Shown here piece by piece: positions 33,706 to 44,899 of a stretch of DNA of 64,000 bases. Under the pieces are notes generated by a model. It saw only the letters and a list, made by a program, of their open reading frames with translations, searched no databases and was not told where the DNA came from. The DNA is taken from NCBI GenBank assembly GCA_026025795.1, contig JAPEUG010000026.1:1-64000 (forward strand). Reading direction: 5' to 3'. Each line of letters opens with the position of its first letter. Position 1 is the first letter of the stretch. The position numbers were made by a program, and so were the translations under genes. The stretch is from Thelocarpon superellum. Taxonomy: Eukaryota.

Positions 33706-35061
33706 ATGAAGCTCGATACCAAAGCCATGAGATACCTCTCTTCGGAGGATTGGCGAGTACTTGCAGCGGTGCGTCTCATTTCCCTCCAACGTGGTTTCCG
33801 TCCAGCTCCTGACGGCTGATCAGGGTACGAGGGGAATAGGTCGAACAAGGCAGCAAGAACCATGAAGTCGTCCCCACACCCCTCATCAATCAGATCTCGG
33901 GTCTACGAGGAGGCAGCGGAGTGCACAAGTGCATCTCCAGTCTGGCCAAAGTCGGGCTCATTGCACGGGTCCCAAATGCTAAATGCACGTAGTTCTCGCC
34001 AAGTCTATGTCTCTGACTGACAGTGTCCGACCTCAGATGACGGATACCGCCTCACCTACGGTGGACTGGATTACCTTGCATTGAATGCGCACCGCAAAGG
34101 CAATGCCATCTATTCCGTGGGGAACCAGATCGGCGTGGGTAAAGAATCCGACATCTATGTCGTCGCCTCGTCAAGCGGCATACAACACGTCCTCAAGATC
34201 CACCGACTGGGCCGCATCTCCTTTCGTACCGTCAAAGCCAACCGGGACTACCTACGGAACCGGTCTTCCACATCATGGATGCACATGAGCCGACTGGCAG
34301 CGATGAAAGAATACGCCTTTATGCAGGCCTTGCACAAAGCGGGGTTCCCGGTTCCCACTCCCGTCGCCCAGAACCGCCACACCATCGTCATGGAACTAAT
34401 CGACGCCTTTCCCCTGCGCCAAATCTCCACCGTACCAGACCCTGGCTCCCTGTACGACGAACTAATCAACATGATCATCACACTTGCGCGACACGGTCTG
34501 ATTCACGGTGATTTTAACGAATTCAACATCCTGATCCGCGAGGATCCACCGCCAGGAGAACCAGCTCACGAACAATCCGACCAAGCACCCCAAACATCCC
34601 AAATACCCCAAAAGTCAACATCCTTAACTACACCTCCACCTCCAACTGCAAGTGCAACGCTCACAGCGATAATGATAGACTTCCCACAAATGATATCCAT
34701 CGATCACGCCAACGCCGACTTCTATTTCGGCCGCGACGTGCAGTGCATTGCGCGCTACTTCCGACGCCGGTACGATTTCGTGGCTGATGCGGAGCCGCCT
34801 TCGCTTGGTGAGGCACTGCAGGGTGGCAAAGCGGTACTTCCAAGGGAACTGCGGCTCGATCTGGCCGTCGAAGCGTCGGGCTTTTCAAGGAAAATGGCCA
34901 GGGAGTTGGAGGCATATCGAAGGAAGGTCGGCGCCGAGGGGGATGTAGGGGCTGCAGAAGGTGGAGGAGAGGTAGAAAAAGAGGAGGACGCGGACGAGGA
35001 GGAAGACGAAGAGGAAGAGGCCGGCGAGGCACAAGACGGTGATCCTCATGTACCTTATTAG
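33706..35061 (+). CDS. RIO2: Atypical serine/threonine kinase Rio2 (40S biogenesis); introns 33769-33839 and 33985-34036 (GC-AG)
   Basis: MKLDTKAMRYLSSEDWRVLAAVEQGSKNHEVVP; YDGYRLTYGGLDYLAL; IGVGKESDIY; LIHGDFNEFNI; IDFPQMIS. Confidence 0.96.
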
Positions 35062-35674
35062 ACGTGTCCCGCTCCATCTCGTCCGTTGCCATTACTCTTG
35101 TCTCGCTGTCTACGCCAGACACTGTCAACTTGGCTCAGCAGGACTATTCCCATCGACAAACATTGAACTAGTCGACTTGAAGCACAATGTGCATGTAGGA
35201 TACATCTATGCTGTCGCGCTAAGTATCTGATACGTCCGAATAGAGATGCGTTGTCCACGGACAAACTTAGAGCATGCCCACCCGTCGAAGAAATGTATTA
35301 TGTCGTGCTTTCGGCAGGGCTCTCGTGCGACAGCGGATGTGACTTTCGTCCTTGACCGCTCCAGAGATGTCGCGAAATAGACCGAGCCACGAGGACAACA
35401 CATGGCGAGAAACAAGTGTGTACACTGCCGAGTCAAGCTCATCTGGTCGAGGTCGAGTAAGATGACAGCATTTCGCGGAAAAGAGATACAACGCAAGCAA
35501 GAAGCAAGAGCAGGAACGAGTCACCCGTCCCATCATGGTAGACAGACTGAGCTACAGCCAGAGGCGTATGCTGGCGTCTCGTAGAACCTCGAGCCGAGGC
35601 CTTCGTCACACACGGCCACGGACGCCTAGCCGCGAAATCCCGAGACCGAGCCTGACGGAGAGTTCCTCGGACCC

Positions 35675-37834
35675 TTAGTCTTGGCGGGAGACTTGGTCAC
35701 GCACTCGCCAGCATTGACTTCCTCCGACGCAGAGCTCAAGCGGCTCGTCGCACCCCTACTCGCCGAGACGCTTTCAGCTTGTAGGCCGCGGATCGCACGG
35801 ACGAGAGCGGAACAGGCGCATACTCAGCTGGAGCTGCATCTTGCGCAGTCGCCCCGAGGTCTAGGCTTGGAACCTGGGCGACCATGACTTGACTCTTGTG
35901 AAGAGGCCTAAAGTCCGTCAGTGCAGCTCCGTCACGTGGCTGGAGGTACCATTCACATACTTTCCGTTCAAGGACGTGTAGGAGCTCATGCCGTTGCTAC
36001 TCCCACTCCGACGCGAGAGAGGAGCCGAGGAGATCGAGCTGCCGGGGCCGCCGAACACCGCACGCAATGGATACATCGGGTGACTCAAGGCGCCGTAGGC
36101 TGCGCTGTTGTACTCGCCCGATTTGTAGTCGCGACGCTCTTGGGTGATGGCCTTGAAGCGCTTCTGCTCCGCCGTGTCGGCATAGCGCACCTGGAAGGGT
36201 AGACGCTCTTGGCCTAGTAGCTCGCCGTTGAACTTCTGGATCACGTCGTCACACTCCTTGCGCGTCTGGAAGCTGCCAAGCGGGGAGGAGAGTGAGCGGG
36301 GACCTGGGCCAAACGACAACAAAGGGCGGAGACATACCGGGCGAATCCGACTCCCTTGCTATTCCCATTCTCATCACGTTGAATCCGGCTGGACTCGACC
36401 GTGTATCCGATGAAGACGGCCGCAAGCTCCTGGAAAGAAAGAAATCGCATGAGTATGGTGCCCATCAGCTTGCACGTGACCATCACGACTCACGGCCTCA
36501 GTCATGCTCCGGGGCAGATTGGAGACGTAGAGATTCGTCGACGAGGGGTCGCTAAGGGCCTTCAAGCGAGCGTTGAACGACTCCTGTCGACGGTGAGACG
36601 TCATCCGACTTGAGCCGGCAGACGAGGATATTACCCTAGCAAAGCTCACGTCATACCCGAGGCTATAGAAGCCGCGGATGCAGTTCTCCGCCTCGGGAAA
36701 TGTCTGATAGCAAGCAAAGCCAAAGCTAGGACATGTCAGCACATCGATCAAGGTCACAGGATATCCACACCCGACTCACCCTTTGCAGGCGCCCGTCTGC
36801 TGGTCGATCATCGCCTTGGACGTCACGACGCGGCCGAATTGGACGGCGTAGGACAGCAACATCGCGTCATCGGTCTCGGGAGAGAAGCCACGAATGTAGA
36901 CATTGGTTGTGCCATTCGCATTGTGGAGTGACGCCTCGAGGGACTTGCGCGTGACACGCGACTCATAGACAGCCGTGATGGCCGGGGGAATGACGACGCG
37001 GCGCGCGAGGGTCGCGTCCTTGCCCAGCATGGCGCCGTGGATGGCCATCGGATTCATCATCAGCGAATGGTCATACGCGGGCAGCATCGTCTGGGGCGAT
37101 GGGGTGCGGTAGTCGAAGCCGACGGTCTGAGGAGAATTATCTTCGCGGGCAATGATGACGGTGCGGTCAGCGTGACCATTCGTTGACAGGTAAGGCGTGT
37201 CCGGCGACGACGAGGCCTCGCGCCCGTTGTTGCTGCCCAAAGAGCTCTTGTGATCTCCGAAGCTTGGCGTATCACTTGGCAGGCCGTCTCCATGGTGGAG
37301 CTGGCCACGCGCCTGGGTCACGACCGGGAGATGTTGGTAGCCATTAGCGAAGCTTCCGTGCTCATTATAGCGCGAGAAGTGGCCCATGGACTGATCAAAA
37401 GAGCCAAACCCAGGAGTGGAAAGTCCAGGAGAGGCGACCAGGGCGGGCTGACGATAGCCCGGCGCGGGAGTGGCATACACGACACCGCCGCTATTCACCA
37501 AGAGCACGGGCACGCCACCTTGGTATTGCGCTGGCCCGGCGTTCAGACGAGTGTTGGCCCCTTGGGTGGCAGCCGCATGCATGGCGAGCGGGTCCATAGA
37601 CATATTGCTCTGCATCGACATGCCACCAAAACCTTGGGTGAGAGCTTTAATAGGATTGGCATTCCCGGCACCATGCATGCCGGTTGACGCTGGGAGCGGG
37701 ATGTAGCCATAACTGGTCGTCGTGCTGGAAGCACGATCCATCGTCATCGGCTCAAAGTACGAGGCGGTTCGGGCGTGGTGAGCTTGAGTCTCCGCTTCGT
37801 AGCCCCCAGCCGGTGGGTTGCAGAAGGCCTGCAT
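35675..37834 (-). CDS. Two-RRM RNA-binding protein of the Spo5/MSSP(RBMS) type (introns 36779-36726, 36634-36584, 36493-36430, 36337-36273, 35960-35908; start and last exon uncertain)
   Basis: TTNVYIRGFSPETDD...SKAMIDQQTGACKGFGFACY...SFARESFNARLKALSDPSSTNLYVSNLP...SKGVGFARFQTR...VRYADT; long low-complexity N-terminus. Confidence 0.82.
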
Positions 37835-40668
37835 TGTCTTCACACAATTAAGGATCTATCACGAGACCAATCAGCTCGAGCAGTGAGGCCGCGGCATTTC
37901 GTCTCATGTGTGGATTCGGGGCAAAGTGTGGACAAGGGGATATCATGGTGCATTGAATCGGAGAGGAGGGTCTTCATCGGAGGCGTCGAGATGGTCTGAG
38001 ACAGGTGGGTAGAATGACGGAATAGAGGCCTTCGCAGAAGAAAAAGGCCCCGAATGCACGGTAAGAAGGAAGTGCGTACCCCGGAGGTGAGCAGACTGAG
38101 TACAGTGAGTTGTACAGTGTCAAGCAATCGATGAGGACGTGAATTGTGCAATGAGCTCTGAGACTGTTAGTGGGGAGCCGGCTCTGAGGGGCAGTAATGG
38201 GGACTCACAGAAGTTGACAAGCAAGTTCTGGGTCGAGGCCTTTTTGGTGAAACGAACGCCGGGAGATGAGGTTTTGGGGCTTTGGGATCACGTCGAGGGT
38301 ACGCAAGGTGCGGCCCGAGCTGCTCTGTCGGGGTGTTGAGACTCACGACCAGGGGCAAGGGGCTTGACCACAGAGACAGTCTCCGCAATGACGGCACCAC
38401 GGCACGGCTGACCAGAGGCAAGAGGGAAAGCTAGGATGGTACAGCGAGCGAATTGGTGCGAGATGAGGCGAGAGCACCGAGGATTCAGCGGCAGAGAATG
38501 GGGCGAGGAGATGTGGGAGCGAGGGAAGGCCAAATGAGCGAAGGCGAGCGATCCGCTATCATCTTATAGGTGGCCAGGTGGAGGAGTGTGGGTGGGTTGA
38601 AGCAAGTGGCAGCAGAGGAACAAAGAAGTTCCGACGCTGGACGGTGCGCAGTGAGCGCCCAAGGAGGAAGTATTGATGCTTTGGGTCGAAGTGTTCGGGC
38701 GGAGCCAACCAGAGCGAGCGACAACAGTGCATCAGTGATCACGCTGACTCGCCCTGTCACGTCCTGCGTGGTGACGAGGTTGAATTGGGTGGCACATCCA
38801 GATCTGGCGGGACTGTTTCGGGGAGTGACGACGGAGTGCAGTGAAAGTCGCTAGGGGAGCTAGGCAGGGGGATCCAGCGGAATACAGCGGAATCCGGCGG
38901 ACCAGCATCAGAAGAGTTTCTCGCAGTCTTCACTTCACCAGAGTGCTATGGGATCATCTTATATCGACACCATACACCGTCATTTCAAGCCTCTAGTTGG
39001 CTGGGATCACCAGCGTATGAGAAGCGGATTGGATCAATAGCGCTGTTCCACTTGGACGTCAGATATGGAGAGATCCGGCATGCTGGAGGTGGGCGGAGGG
39101 AGGTGGGACAGGCCTCGCCGATAAGTCCGGATCGGTGGGCGACCATGGAATGGGCGGGAGCATCTGGAAGAGCGAAACGACATAACACGGTAAGAGCGAC
39201 ACGAATTGATGGGGGGCTTCCCGCTCCTGTAGAGATCTTCTCGTCCGCATATCATTCAAGAGGGAGAGAAGATGAAGAGAAGGGGGGGGCGATGGAGCGT
39301 CATAATACATGGGCCACATGCTCCTACAGGAGCACGGGGAGGAACGAGGCGGCACCAGCGGCCCAAGCCATGTGTGATATTGGCTCGATGGAGGTGTGAC
39401 GAAAATAAACTTGCACCAAACGTTTAAATCGCTGCAGCTCAGTCATTCGTGGTACCGCGGTCGGGGAGACACGGGCTACCCGTTGCACCTAAGATGGAGA
39501 GGAGTTGGGCGGACGTGATCTTGCCAGTTCCAGAACCGTTGTGGTCTCACGTAAGAAGCACGCGCTCACCTCGGGTGACAGGTCACAATGAGTAGGAGAA
39601 GACTCGGCCACACGCAGGACAGGAGTATCATTCGGCCTCAGCACCGGGTCGTCGGACATGGAGGCTGCTTTCCCCTCCACGTATGAGAATCGACTGCACA
39701 TGGTTCCCATCGCTACGGGTCCAAGCTTTCTCTGCCGCGCCCGCCGCGCAATGGCATAGTTATAACATGCTTCACGATCGGGGCTGTCCATGACCCATGG
39801 ATGGATCGGCTGAAGGTGGGGCTTTTGTAGGCCAGATCGCCCTGACAGTTGGCAAGATAGGCTCTCTACTGGCCAGCGCGGCGGTCGGCCCGGACTTGGA
39901 TGCAGATCCGCGACATGATCGAATGGTGGCTGCTAGGACATCGTCCCATGCTAGACGACCTGGACTTGCATTTCATGTCCTCTCATCCAGGGTGGACCGG
40001 TGGTGTTTCCAGCCGATCAGATTTCCCTAAAGCTCGTCGCGATTATGCACGAGTGCCACGTACGAAACATTCCAGCCAAGTTTTAGCGATAGGACCGGGC
40101 TCCGATAGAAGTCGCCCCGCCGCCGGCCGAGGACTGACCGCTTATTGCCGAAAGTCGTCGAGATCTGGCGGAAGGAGGCATGCCCAGCCGAGTACAGGTC
40201 GCCAGCGGCGATGCGTGACTACGTCAGTAGGCGCCGTTGGCTGCACCTACATATGCCCCCACCCCTCTCCTGATCACTATCGCTTCGTTGAAATGAGATC
40301 GAGCGGGGACTGCCTCATTCACAATGCAGAGACACTTGCCACGCTAGGAATTCACCGACATCTGATCATCGGGGAGCCCACCCACAGAGTCAGTATGTTC
40401 TGTCGCCTTGTGCGGGTCACCCTGAAACTTTCTGACGCGGTGGCGTGCAAAGATTATGGTCTCGAATCTGGTGGGCCGACTGCACCTAGATGATCCCATC
40501 CACCCGTGGAAGGCATGCGAGAGCGCGACGGGCTAGTTCCCCTGACTAGAGATGGAGCCCGACGAAGACCTCGGGGTGGGCCTCCCGATCTATCTTGTCT
40601 AACGCAAAGCAAGGCGACATAGGACTGTCCAATTGCAGAGCCTCTCTTCCAAGGACATGCCCAATAGA

Positions 40669-42243
40669 TCATGACGAGGACGATACTGGAAGAAGCTCCT
40701 TGAGTACGCCCACCTGCTCTACCACGGCGCGTCGGCTTGTCCCACCCGTGGCGTCTTTGAGCTCCACCGCGCGCTCCCAGTCAAAACAGCGCCGCACATG
40801 CTCGTCGAAACGAGGATCAACCTCTTGCAGCTGCGCTAGACTGAGTTTATCGATCGACGTCCCTGTCTGCTCTGCCAGCGCCACCACCCGGCCCGAGATG
40901 TGATGGCCTTCGCGAAAGGGCACGCTCTTGCGCACCATGTAATCGGCAATTTCGGTCGCCAGCATCTCCGGCGCCAAGGCCGCTTGCATCTTGTCCGGGT
41001 GGATGGTCAGGGTCGACAGGACGCCGGTAGTAATCTGGATGCTGTCTCCTACCGTCTTGATATGATCTAGCAGAGGCTCCACGCTTTCTTGTAGATCCTT
41101 GTTATACGTCGTTGGCAATCCCTTGATGGTGCACATCAGACCTGCCATCTGCCCAAAAGCGCGCCCAGATTTGCCTCGCAACAGCTCCAAGCTGTCTGCG
41201 ACCGATCAGCGCCACCATCGTTAACTGCGGCTGGTCTACACTCACCTGCATTCTTCTTCTGGGGCATCAGGGACGACCCGGTCGAGTACGCGTCGGCCAG
41301 ATGGACGAAGGAGAACTCGAGGCTGCTGTAAATGATGAGGTCCTCGGCCAAGCGCGAGATATTCAACATGAACATGCTGCCCCACTGCATCGTCTCCACG
41401 ACAAAATCCCGGTCCGCCACGGCATTCATCGAATTGTAGAGGAGGCTGTCAAAGCCAAGCTCACGAGCCATGGCCGCGCGATCGATCCCGAACGGATTTC
41501 CCGCAAGCGCTCCCATCCCGAGCGGACTGCGGTTCACCCGCTTCAACACCTCCCGAAGGCGCTCTAGCTCCGACGCAAAGGCGGTGGCGTGGGAGAGAAG
41601 CCAGTGGCTCCATCGGACGGGTTGGGCTTTTTGCAGATGCGTGTAGCCGGGCATCTGCCTCTCTCTCGTCAACATGCGGCGCCGTGAAGCCTGGAATCTT
41701 GGCATGGCCTTACGATATATTCGATCTCGCGCTCGGCACGAGCAATCATGACCGAAAGAAGGTCCGAGAGGTAGGACTCTAGCGAGCGTAGCTCATCTCG
41801 GAGCCAGAGCCTCATGTCCGTGGCAATCTGCTCGTTTCTGGATCGCCCTGTGTGAAGCTTCCCGCCAATGTCTTTGCCAATGATCTCGCTCAACCGGCGT
41901 TCATTGGCGGTGTGGATGTCTTCGTCGTTGGCTTGCACAACAAAGCCGTTGCTCCGCCATTCCTCTGCAATTTGGCGAAAGCCTTCTTCGATCTTGGAAA
42001 ACTCGGTGGACGTGATGATCTTGGCGTGGAGGTTCGCTCGCGCAAAAGCGATAGAGCCGGCGATATCTTGGCTCCAGAAGATGCGATCATACGGCAGCGA
42101 GTTGTTGTACTTGACCATCAATGGATCGAGACCCTCTGGGACCCCATCAACCTCATGTCCGTCACCGTGCCGCGGAATGTGCACTCACGAGTAAATCGAC
42201 CGCCCCACAACATGTTCGCCGCGACCGCTGGTTTCGGCGTCAT
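40669..42243 (-). CDS. ARG4: Argininosuccinate lyase (exons 42243-42189, 42135-41714, 41654-41246, 41195-40669)
   Basis: [42 protein letters not shown]; signature [25 protein letters not shown]. Confidence 0.97.
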
Positions 42244-42680
42244 TGTGAACTTGTTCGAGCGATAGACGCCGCCAGCACTTACGGAACAGATTTACCAATC
42301 GAAAAGAGAGCAGAAATCGTGTAGGTGCAAATGTGGGAGCCGGTAGTCGAAGGTCAACACTTGCATTCCTACTACAGGAGCGGTGGAGACATCTCGCAGC
42401 GAGTTTCCATTGCAACAGAGGCCAATGACATCCTTTCTGCCGGAAAGCGGTGGAGCGACTGGTCTATTCCGGATTAGGGAACGCCAAAACATTCGGGCGC
42501 TCGCTAAAGCGACCGAATCAATCCTACGGCAAGCAGGACGAGGTTGCGAAGGCACGTTGCAATGAACGATACATAGAAGGGGGGAGAGGTAAGGTGAGCG
42601 AGAGACACAAAATGTCACGCCGTAGACAAGTCCAAAAAAAACGCTGAAGACAATCTTACTCGCGGCCAAATCAATGAGTC

Positions 42681-42726
42681 TATGTAAGTGATCCCCGCAC
42701 GATTATGTAAGTGATCCCCGCACGAT
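42681..42726. repeat. Perfect 23-bp tandem duplication TATGTAAGTGATCCCCGCACGAT x2
   Basis: Directly visible, 15 nt past the CPR stop codon. Confidence 0.95.
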
Positions 42727-42741
42727 GGAGCTGCTCGTCTA

Positions 42742-44899
42742 TCACGACCACACGTCCTCTTGGTACTGGTTCGACGACCGGAGGGCCTTGACAATCTCCT
42801 CCGCCTTGCCCTCGCTGATCCCTCGTTGCTCGGAAATGATCTGGCACAGCGTAGCGCTCACCTCTCGCGCCATATTGGCCGCATCACCGCACACATAGAA
42901 GTATGCTTTCTCTTGCTGTAGCAGGCGGTTGATCTCGGCGCCATGTTCCCGGAGCCGGTGCTGCACATACACCTTCTTGGGGCCGTCGCGTGAGAAGGCG
43001 GTGACCAGCTCGAAGGCCGGGCCCAAATCCTGCGCATATCCCTGCTCAACATACCCACGTCAGCGATCCATATTGGTCTCCACGGTTTCACCTGGCGCTC
43101 ACCTGCCACTCGTCCTGGTAGAGAAAGTCTTCCGTCCGCCGTCGGCAGCCGTAAAAAAGAATGGTCTTCCCAACTTTTGCTCCACTCCGTGCTTGCGCTG
43201 CGCGTTCCTGCACGAAGCCTCGGAATGGCGCGACACCGGTGCCGGGACCGATCATGATCACCGGCTTCGATGGATCTGACGGGAGCTTGAAGTTTGAGTG
43301 CCGCACGTGGACTGGAACGTGGAAACCGTCATAGTGGTTACGCGGGCCGGTGATGGCATAGGTGAGACCGTGGGGGTCGGGGTTTGGGTCGCCGTGCTGG
43401 TGTTGCTTCAACGCCAGCAGGTAGTTGGTCGTCACCCCGCGGAGGACCCGCGCATTCGAGGCGCCCGGGACCCGCATGGCGCCTACCACCGCGGTTATGG
43501 ACACCTTCTGCTTCTGCACCAACGACGACGACGAGATGGAGTAATAGCGAGGCTGAATCTTGTGGAGGCCTTCGATCAACAGGGAGAAGGGCACGGTCGA
43601 CCAAGACTGCGAGCCACCGATCATCGCCAGGGTCTGTGCGATGTTCTGATATCGGCTGGCCACCTTCTCTTGGAAATAGTCCTTGTCACCACCCAGCCGG
43701 GTCATCTCCGCCTTGGCGACATCCGTGGGCGCAAAGGCGGCGAGGGACGAAAGAAATTGTCGCGAGACCGGGCCGCAAATCTCCATCTGATAGCGCGCCA
43801 CAGCGTCATAGGTAGTCGGGGTCGGGAAAGGCACCTTGGCCGTCGAGTCAAGGGCCTTGACATTGATAACATGATGGCGTTTGGGGGCGAGACCAAAGAC
43901 GGAGAGGAAATGATCGACCTCCTTGCCGGCGTTGGTGGGCCAAACGGCAAGATGGTCGCCGGTTTGGTAAGTGAGATTGGAGGCGCTGAGGTCCAAGTCC
44001 ATGTGTAGGCAATTCCGGTCTTTGACCGTGAAGAGCTCTCTCGATGCGACGATCGGGGCGATGAAGGGGTTGTGGGCATTATGGGGTCCACGCGCGCTGT
44101 CCTCCAGATGCGCCCGGTTGGGTTCACCAAGATACACCTGGCTCGACTCGGGTGTCAAGTCATCCCGTTCCGTCACGGCAAAGACGGGCTCGTAGACGGC
44201 CTCGCGCTCCTCAAGGCCCATGTCCCGGGCCAAGGCGGCCCACATGGGTTCCTTCCACGCGAGGAAGTCCTCCTCCATGGTGCCGGCGCCGTCGTCGCCC
44301 TCGCCAGCGCTCCCAATGCGGTGAGCACCCAGCTTCTCAAGGGCGGCATTGACATTGCGTACCATGGAGTTGTACTGCTCATACGTGTTATTGCCCAGAC
44401 CGAAGGCAACATACTTGAGCTGCGACAGCGGTTGATCCTCAACACCCGCCCCCTCACTATATGCCGGCTCGTCATTGGTGATGAATTCATAGAAGTCGAC
44501 GGCATTGTCCGTCGGCTCGCCTTCGCCGTAGGTTGCCAGCACGAACATGGCTATCTTATCGGCCGAGAAGGTATCGAGAGTGTCGTAGTCATAGTCCTCG
44601 AGGTCGGCAACCATGGTCTTGAGCCCGAAGCGCGACGAGCCCTCTTTGGCTAACCGCGAGGCGTAGTCCTCCGCCGTACCGGTCTGCGATCCGTAGAAGA
44701 CGACACAGTTCTTCCCCGTCTCGTCCATCTTCTGAGTGATGTTCCTGGTCCGGCCGGCCTTGTGCCCGTTGGCGGCGCCATACGAGCTGGCGTAGGGGTC
44801 CTTGGGCACGGCCCAGTATGTGCCTTTGGTGAAATATACGGCGGTGCCGACGACCAGGACGACCAGGACTAGTACGTCCAAGAAATCGAGCTGAACCAT
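42742..44899 (-). CDS. NCP1: NADPH-cytochrome P450 reductase (exons 44899-43103, 43041-42742)
   Basis: N-terminal membrane anchor; FYGSQTGTAEDYA; ATYGEGEPTDNA; FGLGNNTYE; QPRYYSISSS; GPGTGVAPFRGF; C-terminal YQEDVWS. Confidence 0.97.

Noticed and set aside
38948..38966. GGGATCAT...TAT resembling U3 snoRNA box A
   Set aside because: Poor match, and no B, C or D boxes at suitable spacing
40669..44899. ARG4 plus P450 reductase as a secondary-metabolite cluster
   Set aside because: Both look like canonical housekeeping orthologues; no backbone or tailoring genes nearby
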